Positions 29,504-40,050 of a stretch of DNA of 64,000 bases are shown piece after piece (position 1 is the stretch's first letter; every line of letters begins with the position of its first letter). The position numbers and the translations under genes were made by a program. The stretch is from NCBI GenBank assembly GCA_963675595.2, contig CAXXLZ010000001.1, forward strand, positions 832,001 through 896,000. The letters run 5' to 3'. The notes under the pieces were generated by a model. That model had not been told where the DNA came from, ran no database searches, and worked only from the letters and a program-made list of their open reading frames with translations. Source of the stretch: Thermodesulfobacteriota bacterium. GTDB lineage: Bacteria; Desulfobacterota; Desulfarculia; JACQYL01.

Positions 29504-30550
29504 ATGTCGAAGATCGATTCCCAGTTCATCGAAGTTCAGCCCAATCTAATCAATTTTTACCTCGACTTCCCGGTGTACATCATCCATCCCACGGAAAAAC
29601 ACCTGGTGCGGTTCGTGCCGCGCAAGGAGGTGTACACCACCCGAGCCATTGAGACTCTCGTGAGCAAGGGCATCAAAGTCTACGTGAAGCTCAGCGACCA
29701 CAAGAGTCGAAGCTCCATCCTGGAGAAACGGCTCGTGGAATACCTGAGGGGGCCGTACGACGAGAAGAAGGTTCTGGTTATTAGAGATATTACGGTCCAG
29801 CTCGTGAACGAGGTATTCGCCGGCGGCATGGGTGCCGACGAGGAATCCGGCATTGACGCCAAGACGTTGAGTACGTTGGAGAGACTCGCCGGGTACTACG
29901 TGGGCCTGCTTGATCTGGATGATGCCGAGGACCTGCTCAAGGTGCTGCGCAAGGCCATTGTCAAAGATCTATCCATTCCGTCTCATTCCATCAGTCTGAT
30001 GATCCTGGCCGTGCGATTCAGGGCCATGGAACGAGCACGATTGCTGAGTGATATTTCGATGCCCAAAAGCCTGATCACGAACGTTTCGGAGCTCGAAGAA
30101 AGGGAGATGGAAAAGGATAAGCGGTGGGCTCTGGGCGCCTTGCTGCACGACATCGGCAAGATCAATCTCCCGGAGAAGATTCTCCGGGCGAGGAGAAGGT
30201 TAAACGACGACGAGGCCAAGTTGATGAAGTCCCATGTGAATATGGGGTTCCAAATCGTTAAGATGGCCGGAATCCGGTTTTCGGGAGACGAGACCGTCAA
30301 GTCCTCCATTTTGTTTCATCATGAAAGGATCGATGGGTCCGGCTACCCTCTGCGCATGACGTCCTTCAATCAAGTGGGGCAGATCATGGGTCTGCTCGAT
30401 GCCTATGATAACCTGACCACGGATCGAAGCCCGTTCCACAGGGAGTCCACTCCCTTTGAGGCCTTGAAGATGCTCAAGGAGGAAACGCAATCGGGCAAAT
30501 TCGATCCCGCGCTGTTTACCAAGCTGGTGGAATTGGTCGCCAACGACTGA
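29504..30550 (+). CDS. HD-GYP domain protein (cyclic dinucleotide phosphodiesterase-like)
   Basis: ALLHDIGK; HHERIDGSGYP; DAYDNLT. Confidence 0.9.
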   Translation: MSKIDSQFIEVQPNLINFYLDFPVYIIHPTEKHLVRFVPRKEVYTTRAIETLVSKGIKVYVKLSDHKSRSSILEKRLVEYLRGPYDEKKVLVIRDITVQLVNEVFAGGMGADEESGIDAKTLSTLERLAGYYVGLLDLDDAEDLLKVLRKAIVKDLSIPSHSISLMILAVRFRAMERARLLSDISMPKSLITNVSELEEREMEKDKRWALGALLHDIGKINLPEKILRARRRLNDDEAKLMKSHVNMGFQIVKMAGIRFSGDETVKSSILFHHERIDGSGYPLRMTSFNQVGQIMGLLDAYDNLTTDRSPFHRESTPFEALKMLKEETQSGKFDPALFTKLVELVAND

Positions 30551-30734
30551 GGCGCCCGGCAGGGCCGTCCCTACGAGCCGAACCCATATGGGCCGGCCCG
30601 TGGGTTCGTTCTTGTGGAGAAAGATTTCTTGTATTCATTCAAAGGGTTGCCGGGGGGGACGGCGTTCCCGCGTGACTCTGTGAATACGAACGGATTTATA
30701 ATGGAACGGCTTCGGCCGCTGGAGAAACCAAGGT

Positions 30735-31232
30735 TTGGAATTAAAGGGCGAGCGTTCGGCTGCGGACAGCATCTTTCTGGGAATTGCCACGCTGGCCTCT
30801 GTGGGCAGGTTTCCCGTGGCTCCGGGCACCGTGGCCACTCTGGTGTGGGGGATTCCGGCTTACGCCTTGCTGAGTCTTCTGCCTCAATGGGTTTATTGGG
30901 GGACCCTGTTTTTGGTATTCGTGGTCGGGGTCCTGTCCTCGAGTTCCGCCGAGCGCACACTGAAGCAAAAAGATAGTCCTTCGGTGGTCATCGACGAGCT
31001 GTTTGGATACCTTGTGGCCGTGTCGGCCGCGCCCTTCGGATGGAAGACGGCGCTCTTGGGGTTTTTGTTCTTCAGAGCGGCCGACATTTGGAAGATTTTT
31101 CCAGCGGGATGGGTTGATAGAGAAGTGTCCGGCGGATGGGGGGTCATGTTGGACGACGCCGTGGCCGGGCTGTATGCTCAGGCGGCCTTATGGGGCCTCT
31201 GTTGGGCGTTTCCCCAGTGGATTCTGTCCTGA
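30735..31232 (+). CDS. pgpA: Phosphatidylglycerophosphatase A
   Basis: PVAPGT, KDSPSVVIDE, FFRAADIWK, GGWGVMLDDAVAG. Confidence 0.92.
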   Translation: MELKGERSAADSIFLGIATLASVGRFPVAPGTVATLVWGIPAYALLSLLPQWVYWGTLFLVFVVGVLSSSSAERTLKQKDSPSVVIDELFGYLVAVSAAPFGWKTALLGFLFFRAADIWKIFPAGWVDREVSGGWGVMLDDAVAGLYAQAALWGLCWAFPQWILS

Positions 31233-31478
31233 GACGCCGCCCGCGGGTTTTCTTATGCGACGTTGGGCGATTACGGATGTCGGTGAGCTCCGGGAGCCGC
31301 TCCAACTCGGGCAACGCTCCGTCCCGAACCGAAAACTCCGGGCAGGTCACGGAAAACCCTCACGGGCGGCTGATGCCTTTTCCTTGAAATCGATCTTATC
31401 GGGTCGAGATCTAAGAACTGTCGATCCTTCGCCGTTCTTCGCAGAAGAGCGGCGAAATTGAGATTAAAGCGCGAGAAC

Positions 31479-32366
31479 ATGGACAACGGAAGCGACGGTC
31501 GCAAAGTGACCTGGGTGGGCATGTTCGTCAATGCCGGGCTCATCGTTTTGAAGTTCCTGGCGGGAACGATCGGCCACAGTCAGGGGATGATCGCGGATGC
31601 TTTTCATTCGGTGTCCGACCTGCTTACGGACGCCGTGGTGCTCATCGGTCTGCGCTTCGGCCGGAAAGGCCCGGATGCCGGCCACCATTTTGGTCACGCC
31701 CGAATCGAGACCATGACATCGGGGATCGTGGGCGCGGCGTTGTTCGGCGCCGCTTTGATGATCGGTTACCAATCGGTCGTGGCCACTTATCGCCACGAGC
31801 CTCACAATCCCACTTTGCCGGCGATTCTGGGCGCGTTCGTCTCCATTGTGGTGAAAGAGCTGCTCTATCGGTATACGGTCCGAGTGGGCAAACGCATAAA
31901 AAGCCCGGCGGTGGTGGCCAACGCTTGGCACCATCGGTCGGACGCCATGTCTTCGGTGGCGGTGCTTATCGGCACGACCGGCGCCATGGTTCATCCGGCT
32001 TGGCACTTGTTGGACGCCTATGCCGCATTGTTCGTCTCTCTACTCATCGCCAAGGTGGGTTTGGAGATCATTTGGCAGGCTTTTCGTGAGATGGCGGATA
32101 CGGCGCCCCCGCCGGAAACCGTGGAAAGAATCTATATGTGCATCCGAGGCGTGGAAGGCGTGCTGGATGCCCATGGATTGAAAGCGCGCTTCGTGGGTGG
32201 AGTGTTGCAGGTGCAGGTTCACATTCTGGTCGACGGCGGCATGACGGTGGAAAAAGGGCATCAGATCACCCGGGAAGTTGAGGGGTGTCTGAAGGACGAC
32301 TTCGACGACATGGGTGAGATCATTGTGCACGTGGAGCCTGAAAGCGCGGGTACCGACGAGCTTTAG
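31479..32366 (+). CDS. Cation diffusion facilitator (FieF/MMT1-like)
   Basis: SQGMIADAFHSVSD; HHFGHARIE; AWHHRSD; C-terminal IIVHVEP. Confidence 0.92.
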   Translation: MDNGSDGRKVTWVGMFVNAGLIVLKFLAGTIGHSQGMIADAFHSVSDLLTDAVVLIGLRFGRKGPDAGHHFGHARIETMTSGIVGAALFGAALMIGYQSVVATYRHEPHNPTLPAILGAFVSIVVKELLYRYTVRVGKRIKSPAVVANAWHHRSDAMSSVAVLIGTTGAMVHPAWHLLDAYAALFVSLLIAKVGLEIIWQAFREMADTAPPPETVERIYMCIRGVEGVLDAHGLKARFVGGVLQVQVHILVDGGMTVEKGHQITREVEGCLKDDFDDMGEIIVHVEPESAGTDEL

Positions 32367-32529
32367 ATCGTTGAAAAGTGCTACTTCGGGCATTTTATGG
32401 GGGGGCTCGCCTACGCGTCGAAACCCGGGTCGGGAGGCCTCTCGAACAGGTTACCGGGTCCAACCCACCGAGACTTCTGACTAAGGCGTCGCGGTCTGAC
32501 TGCTCTCAAACGGCAAAGAGGCTCACCGC

Positions 32530-33480
32530 TCAGCTGGATCGAAATCCCATGGTCGCCAGATAACCGCCGTATGCCATGAGCAGGCAGACTCCCTCCCATC
32601 GCGTCAATCTTCTTCCCGTGGCCATGAACACGAGGGCCATGACGCTGACTCCGATCATGAGAGGAAAATCGATGCGCACGGATTCCGCCGGACAGGGAAG
32701 GGGATTGATCGCCGAAACGGTTCCCATGATGAAGAGCACGTTGAAGATGTTGGAACCGATGAGATTGCCCACGGACAGGTCCATTTCTTTCTTCAGGGCC
32801 GCCATGGCCGAAGCAGCCAGTTCGGGCAAAGAAGTGCCCAAAGCCACGATGGTCAGCCCGATGACGAGCTCGGAAACGCCCATATGACGGGCGAGGGACG
32901 AAGCCCCCTTCACGAACAGATCGGAGCCCAAGGCCAGACCCACAAGGCCCGCCAAGATATAGAGGCAGTCCATTGAGAGGGATCCCTTCATGCCGGAGGT
33001 CGGGTTCGGCGCGGGGTCGACTTCGAGTCGATTCTTGAAGCAATAGAACATGAAGAGGCCGAACAGGCCCAGAAGCAAGCCTCCATCCAGTCGGCCGATG
33101 GTTCCGTCGAGGGCCATGAAATAGAACAGCAGAGACGACGCCAGGACAAAAGGCATTTCCATTTTCAGGGATCGGCCGCTGGTGGGAAGAGGGCGGACGG
33201 TGACCGCCAATCCCAATACCAAAGCGATGTTGGCAATGTTGGATCCGACTACGTTTCCCACGGAGATGGCGGTGCTTCCTTCAAGTGCGGCGAGGAGGGA
33301 AACGAACAGTTCGGGGGCGGAGGTCCCGAGGGCGACCACGGTCAGTCCCACGGTCATCCGGGACAGTCCTTTCCGCACGGCAAGGTTGGAGGCGCCTCGT
33401 ACGATAAGACCTCCGCAGAAGTAAAGAAGAAGAATGCCCGCCACCAGAAAAACGACGGTGACCGGAAGGGAATAGGTCAT
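32530..33480 (-). CDS. Ca2+/Na+ antiporter (YrbG-like)
   Basis: Two alpha repeats: ALGTSAPE..GNVVGSNIAN and ALGTSLPE..GNLIGSNIFN. Confidence 0.93.
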   Translation of the reverse strand: MTYSLPVTVVFLVAGILLLYFCGGLIVRGASNLAVRKGLSRMTVGLTVVALGTSAPELFVSLLAALEGSTAISVGNVVGSNIANIALVLGLAVTVRPLPTSGRSLKMEMPFVLASSLLFYFMALDGTIGRLDGGLLLGLFGLFMFYCFKNRLEVDPAPNPTSGMKGSLSMDCLYILAGLVGLALGSDLFVKGASSLARHMGVSELVIGLTIVALGTSLPELAASAMAALKKEMDLSVGNLIGSNIFNVLFIMGTVSAINPLPCPAESVRIDFPLMIGVSVMALVFMATGRRLTRWEGVCLLMAYGGYLATMGFRSS

Positions 33481-33825
33481 ACGTTCTTGCCTCCGACGAG
33501 TTAAGAGCACTACCTCTTACCAGAAATCGTCGGTTGGGAACAGCCCTTATGGAGTCGCGAAGTCCGCGGTCGACCGTAGAAGGGGACGGGCGCTCCGTTG
33601 TCCCTTCCCATCTCGAACTCGATACAACATGGCCCCCGGTTGTCTCTCGGCCGAATATTGTCATTCGCCCTCAATATTCCGGCGGCCTCCTTGTGAGCGT
33701 CGCTCATGAGGAGGGCGGAAGGCCCGGCACCAAAGAATGCGCCCGCGCCGCTCCTGATAAGCGGTTCCACCGGGACTTGCAATGAGCTCCCGGTCATCGT
33801 AGACTAGTTCGTCATTCATTAGAAT

Positions 33826-34770
33826 GTGGAGACGCATACAGTGTCGGAAAAAATTACGGAAATTCTTGAAGACCTGTTCTTTATCGAGCGAGGATACCTA
33901 AACGGGAATCATTTCGTCTATCGTTCGGAGCAACCGGTGCTCATCGACACGGGTTACCGGGCCGATCTGGATGAGACTCTGCGTCTGATAAGAACTCTCG
34001 GGGCGGACGTGAGCAAGACCCGATTGATTATCAATACGCACTCCCACTGTGATCATATCGGAGCCAACCAATGCATCCAAGAACTTTCCGGATGCGACAT
34101 CGCCCTTCACAAGGTGGGGAAGAACTTTATCGATACGCGTAACGACTGGGCCACTTGGTGGAAATATTACGGTCAGGAGGCGGATTTCTTTGATTGCACT
34201 TCCGAGTTGGAGGATGGGCGGACGGTGTGGTTGGGGCCCCATCGATTTCGCGTGATTTACACTCCCGGCCATGCTTCCGACGGTATCGTGCTCTACAATG
34301 AGGAGGAACGACTTCTTCTTTCCTCGGATACCTTGTGGGAACGGGACGTCGCCGTGATGACCGTTCGCGTTGAAGGCAGCAGGGCTCCGTTCTGCATGCT
34401 CGAATCTCTCTCCGAGCTTCGAGGGCTGGACGTCGAAATGGTGTACCCGGGCCACGGTGAGCCCTTTCGAGATTTCGATCAGGCCTTGGATTCGGCGGAG
34501 CGCAAGGTCGGGGCCTATGTTCGGAATGCTTCGGATGCCGCCAACGATCTGCTGAAGAAGATCATCGTCTATACATTGCTCATGCGCAGGCATGTCGAGG
34601 AGAGTGATTTTTTTTCAATCCTGATGGATAGGATTTGGTTCAGAGAAACGGTGGATTTGTACTTTCAAAGCGAGTATCGGAAGAAATATCAGGAGATTAT
34701 GGAGGGCTTTTTTCGTCGTGGAATCGTGGTGCGAGAAGGAGAAGGTATCCGCACCACCGTAAAGCCGTAA
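33826..34770 (+). CDS. Metallo-beta-lactamase-fold hydrolase
   Basis: LIDTG; THSHCDHIG; TPGH; YPGHG. Confidence 0.9.
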   Translation: METHTVSEKITEILEDLFFIERGYLNGNHFVYRSEQPVLIDTGYRADLDETLRLIRTLGADVSKTRLIINTHSHCDHIGANQCIQELSGCDIALHKVGKNFIDTRNDWATWWKYYGQEADFFDCTSELEDGRTVWLGPHRFRVIYTPGHASDGIVLYNEEERLLLSSDTLWERDVAVMTVRVEGSRAPFCMLESLSELRGLDVEMVYPGHGEPFRDFDQALDSAERKVGAYVRNASDAANDLLKKIIVYTLLMRRHVEESDFFSILMDRIWFRETVDLYFQSEYRKKYQEIMEGFFRRGIVVREGEGIRTTVKP

Positions 34771-34853
34771 CCGAGAAGAATGAGTTATTCCGACTCCACG
34801 GAAACGCTTCGGCAGCCGTGACCGGTCGAATCCAACAAATCGGAAAAAGGGGA

Positions 34854-35120
34854 ATGATTATGTCCAAGGAAGACAAGCAGGTCATGATGTATACACTCAG
34901 CACTTGCGGTCATTGCAGAAGCACCAAGAAACTTCTGGGGGACTGCGATGTGGCGTATGATTTCGTGGACGTGGACCTGCTCACGGGCGACGAACGAAAG
35001 GCGATCCTTGAGGACGTCAAGAAATTGAATCCGGCCTGCACCTTTCCCACCATCAAGATCGGGGAAAAGGTGATTGTGGGTTACAAGGAGCAGGAGATTA
35101 GGGAGGCCTTGGGATTATGA
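34854..35120 (+). CDS. Glutaredoxin/NrdH-like protein
   Basis: YTLSTCGHC; TFPTI; IVGY. Confidence 0.9.
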   Translation: MIMSKEDKQVMMYTLSTCGHCRSTKKLLGDCDVAYDFVDVDLLTGDERKAILEDVKKLNPACTFPTIKIGEKVIVGYKEQEIREALGL

Positions 35121-35452
35121 CGGAAGTCGAGAAGCTTTATGAAATGTTGAAGAAGGTTCAGGAGCCCAGAGGCTTTTATTTCAACAAGGACAAGGAATAC
35201 GTCTTTGAGCTCCTTGAAGGGTTGATCAAGAACAAAGAACGATATGGCTACATGAACTGCCCTTGTCGCCTTTCTTCCGGCGACCGGGAATGGGACAAAG
35301 ACATCATGTGTCCCTGCGTGTATCGAGAACCCGATGTGCAGGAGTACGGAAGCTGTTACTGCGCGCTGTACGTGAGCGAGGATTGGAACCAAGAGAAGAT
35401 TCCGCACCAATTTGTGCCGGAAAGAAGACCCGTTGAGAAGATGAGACTCTGA
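35117..35452 (+). CDS. Ferredoxin:thioredoxin reductase catalytic-subunit-like protein
   Basis: CPCR...CPC...CYC motifs; ATGA overlap with the glutaredoxin. Confidence 0.92.
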   Translation: MTEVEKLYEMLKKVQEPRGFYFNKDKEYVFELLEGLIKNKERYGYMNCPCRLSSGDREWDKDIMCPCVYREPDVQEYGSCYCALYVSEDWNQEKIPHQFVPERRPVEKMRL

Positions 35453-36153
35453 ATCGGGTACAACCGTATGATTCCGGCGATCGTAGAAGACCGGATGAGC
35501 CAAGGGGGACGGTCGTGATCGACCTCTCCCGAGCTCGAAGGGCCGGCTGAGAAGTCTCGATATCGGCCGGTCGCGTTATCCCCGTTGAAACACTTTCTTG
35601 ACGAGTTCACTTAAAACGTTCATAAATCGAATGACGATACAGGGTCGATAAATTTCGATTCTCGGCGGCAAAGCCGATGCCTGATCCGCCAGGGGGAGGC
35701 GGATCCCCCTTCGTCCCTCGCCATTGCCCCGCACTGCATCTGCGCCTCGATTCTCAGGGCCCTGTCGCCCGAATCCATCCTATGTTCATCGACCCACCGC
35801 GAACCGGTTCATCGACGAGCCGTCGCGGTTCGGCATATGCGGTTCTTTCGGAGTTGACACGCCTTCAAGGGAGGTCGGTCCCTCAATGGTCGGTCCGAAA
35901 AAATCGATCCTTTCTATTCTTTATCGGACCATTTTGTCGTTCCGAAATCTTCCATGTTCGTTTGCCCACGGCGTTTCATGCTTCCGGAACAGAGCCCGAC
36001 CACGCTTTCCAAATACCGAACAAAGGATCCGGGCGCCTTCCGGGTTCCCTCGGCGGGCTTGATTTCCCGGCGATATTGGAGGGAGAAACGGCCGTCTATC
36101 GGCGGAGTAGGGTGATTTCCTCGGCGACGGCGTTTACGAGACGGGGGGGAGTT

Positions 36154-39100
36154 ATGGCAGGTGGAAGACTGACCATCGGAAAAAGAATCGGTTTGGGGTT
36201 CGGCTTGGTGCTGACGCTTCTGCTGGTATTGGCTGCCGTGGCGGTATGGGGACTTCGGGGGACCGTGGAAAACGCTCGAGAGGTGATTGAAGGGAACCAA
36301 TTGGACGGCACCCTCGCCCAGAAGGAAGTGGATCATCTGAACTGGCTGCGACAGCTCAATCTGTTTCTGACGGACGAACAGGTGACTGAACTCGGTGTGC
36401 AAACGGATGATACGCGCTGTGCCTTTGGGAAATGGCTATTTGGACCGCCGCGTGTGGAAGCCGAGAAGCTGGTTCCTGAATTGACCCCCCTTCTGAAGCA
36501 GATAGAGGAACCCCACCGAAATTTGCATGAATCCGCGAGAAAGATCGGTGAGACGTTTCGGCAACCTCATCGCGACTTGGCCGTGACGTTGGAGGACCGC
36601 TTATCGGACCACTTGGCCTGGGCCGAAGCGGTCGGGAGTACGTTGGCTGCGGAGAGCGCCGGGCTTGATCGCATACGGTCCATGGTCCAAAACTGTGTCC
36701 GCCTGGCTGTGTCCGCTATCCGAGGCATTTATGAAGACCCTTCGCCGTTGTCCGAGCAGGACTGGAATGCCCCCCGATAATTGGTCCATGTATAATGAGA
36801 GTCTGAATGCCCAAAGAACGGAAGGAGACTTTTTGCATGGCCAAGAGAAAGAGACACAGCGCGGAGCAAATCATCCGGAAACTTGAAGACGCGGACCGTC
36901 GTCTGACGGCAGGGCAGACGATAGCGCAGGTTTGCCAATCGCTGGAGGTGAGCGAGGCGACGTACCACCGGTGGCGAAACCAGTATGGGGGGATGAAGGC
37001 TGAGGAGGCCAAACGGCTAAAAGAACTGGAAAAGGAAAATGCACGCTTAAAAAAGCTGGTCGCCGATCTGATGTTGGACAAGGCAATGCTGAAGGATCTT
37101 GCGGAGGGAAACTTCTAAGCCCGGCGCGTCGTAGGAAAGCGGTTGATTATGTTCGAAGTGAACATGCCGCTTCAGAGCGTCGGGCCTGCCGCGTAGCCGG
37201 TCAACACCGATCCACCCAACGTTATGAGCCGAAGGAACGGGACGATGAGGTGGAACTGATCAAGGCTCTTCACCGGTTGGTTGGAGAACATCCCCGTTTT
37301 GGATGCCGTAGGATCACTCGGCTGCTGCGTGATGCGGGGTGGGCGGTAAACTACAAGCGAATTCATAGACTTTGGAAAGAGGAGGGATTCAAGGTACCTC
37401 GAAAAGCCAAGAAGAAACGCTTCCTGGGAGTTGATGCCAATGCGTGCAACAAGCGTAAGGCGGCTTTTGCAAATGATGTCTGGACGTTGGATTTCATTCA
37501 TGACCGCTTGGTCGACGGCCGTCAGTTCAAGTGCTTGGCCATTGTCGACGAGTTTACTCGGGAAAACCTGGCCCTGAGGATCAACCGCTCCATTACGGGT
37601 GAAGACGTTTTGAACGAGCTGAGCCGATTGATGGGCGAGCGGGGAGTTCCAACGGGCATTCGATCGGATAACGGTCCCGAATTTATAGCCCAAAAGGTGA
37701 GAAATTGGCTGAAAGACCTGGGAGTGGGAACCTTTTTCGTCGAGCCGGGAGCCCCTTGGCAGAACGGGTACGTGGAAAGTTTCAACAGCCGTTTTCGGGA
37801 TGAATTCTTGAACATGGAAATTTTCAACAACATCAAGGAAGCGCAGACTCTGGCCGCCAAATGGCGGAAAGTCTATAACGAGGAAAGACCGCACAGTGCA
37901 TTGAATTACATGACCCCGGCCCGGTTCGCGGCGAGCCCTTGGGGCCTCGACTCCGCCTCGCTCAGCTCGGCTTCGCCGTGGCCCCAAGGGCCGGGGATGG
38001 AAAACCGCGAGTCATGATAAAACTCTCATAACTCCTGGACCAAAAACTGGGGGCTTGACAGGACCGAAAAGAACGAGCCATGCGCGTGGTCGCCTCCATG
38101 CGCTACGGCCCGGAAAACAAAGACTATCTTTGGATCAACGACATGCGTCCCTATATGGTCATGCACCCCTACAAACCCGAGCTGGATGGCACGGACCTGT
38201 CCGAGTTCTCGGACCCCAAGGGAAAGAAGCTGTTCGTGGAGGCCGTCAAAGTGTGTCGGGAAGGGGGAGAGGGCTTCGTCATGTACGAGTGGCCCTTGTA
38301 CGGCGCGGATGCTCCTGTTCCCAAGATTTCTTACGTGAAGCTGTTCAGACCGTGGAACTGGATTGTGGGTACCGGTGTGTATCTGGATCATACCAATGAA
38401 GCGCTCATGGCCAGGGCCGCCCAGGTTGCGGCCGGTGAACCGTTCTCTTTGGGCGTCGAACTGGACCCCACTCTTTGTGCTTTCGGTCGGTTCATCGATT
38501 CCCCTGAGACGGCTTCGCTTGCCGAAAAGTTTCCTGTTTTGAAACAGGTATTGGAGGAAATTCGAGAGCCTCACGAACAACTGCACCGTTCCGCCCGGAA
38601 GATCCAAGAGCTCGTCGACAGCGATCGCACGGAAGATGCGATCCGGGTGTACCAGAACGAAACAAAGGCTTCCCTGAAAAGAACCCTCGACCTGATGAAC
38701 CGGATCATCAAAGCGGAGTCCGAATTCGTCGATGCTCAGGAGGCCGCCAAACGGATCTACGCCCGGGAAACCGTTCCCAACCTTGAGGCGATTCAGGGGC
38801 TTCTTAGAAGAATCAGGGTGGTGGCTCGGGATAACATCACCACGGATCAGGTTATGCTCGACGCGGCTCGGCGAACCCGCCGGAATGTTACATGGATCGC
38901 CGTAGTGTCCGTCATCCTGGGGATCGCCCTGGCCTTCCTGATATCGAAAAGTACGGTAGGCATCCTGACTCGTATTTCACGCCACATGGACGGGGCCGCC
39001 CACCATGTGGCCGCAGCAGCCGGTGAAGTCGCCTCAAGCAGCCAGATGGTGGCGCAAGGCACATCGGAACAGGCTTCCTGCATCGAAGAGACATCCGCCT

Positions 39101-39864
39101 CCTTGGAGGAGGTGTCGAGTATGACTCGGCGGAACAGCGAAAATGCGGATCAGGCCAACCAACTCATGGAAAAAGCCGGCAGAGATATTCTGGATGCTCG
39201 GACCTCCATGACCTCCCTGTCGCAGTCCATGGAAGAAATCACTTCCGCGAGTCGGGATACTCGGGCCATCAATAAAAATATCGATGAAATCGCGTTCCAA
39301 ACCAACCTGCTGGCATTAAATGCCGCAGTGGAAGCGGCCAGGGCCGGGGAAGCCGGGGCGGGATTCGCAGTGGTTGCCGGCGAGGTGAGGAACCTCGCCC
39401 AAAAAGCGGCGGATGCGTCCAAGAAGACCGAGATGCTCATCGCCGAAACCGTAAACAAAGTGGAAGTCGGGCTGCAGTTTCTGAAATCCACCGAAGGTTC
39501 TTTCGAAGTCATGGCCGACAGTGTATCCAAAGCTGGAGGTCTGGTGGGGGAAATCGCCTCGGCGTCCCGCGAGCAGCTCCACGGAACCGAGCAAATCGGA
39601 AGAGCGGTTGTGGAAGTGGAAAAGGTGGTCCAGGTGAACGCTTCCAGTGCGGAAGAGTCCGCGGCCGCCGCTCAGGAAATGAATGCACAGGCCGAAAGGC
39701 TGCGTGCGGGAGTCAAAGTGTTGCTCGAGCTGACGGCGGGAGGGGCCAAAAAGTTTTCCCGCGAAGATCGCGAGACGACGCCGAAGAAGAGACTCGGGCG
39801 GACCCTGCAACTGCCCGAGCCCGACCGCACGGGAGCGGACCACGCTGAAGATGAGTTCTCCTGA
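36154..39864 (+). pseudogene. Methyl-accepting chemotaxis protein (TM-CZB-CZB/Cache-TM-MCP signal) disrupted by IS3
   Basis: Removing the IS and one GGAC copy restores ...[13 protein letters not shown]... in frame (about 802 aa). [30 protein letters not shown] hairpin tip. Confidence 0.92.
36763..38060 (+). mobile_element. IS3-family element, copy 3 (1298 bp, intact; OrfA 36837-37118, OrfB 37250-38017)
   Basis: Same ends as copy 2. TSD GGAC at 36759-36762 and 38061-38064. Confidence 0.96.
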
Positions 39865-40050
39865 CGGTGTGCGTTCACCGGGGAAGAACGCGTGCAGGTC
39901 TTCAGGGGGAGGTCCGAAGCCTCTTCGGATCTCTCATCGATCTCCGAATGTCCGCTTCAAGCATATTTGGCCGAAGAAGGATTCGCTCCCTGAATCGGCA
40001 TCCGAGTTCCGTGAGGGCAGGTCATAGTGCCTGCCTTCATTTCTTGTCGA

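Noticed and set aside
34854-35452. Glutaredoxin plus FTR-like pair as unusual
   Set aside because: This is a known arrangement in anaerobic bacteria and archaea.
35640-36150. c-di-GMP riboswitch upstream of the chemoreceptor (GGCAAAGCC seen)
   Set aside because: The GNRA tetraloop/receptor two-stem layout is absent. The sequence is better explained as a degenerate copy of the dispersed repeat.
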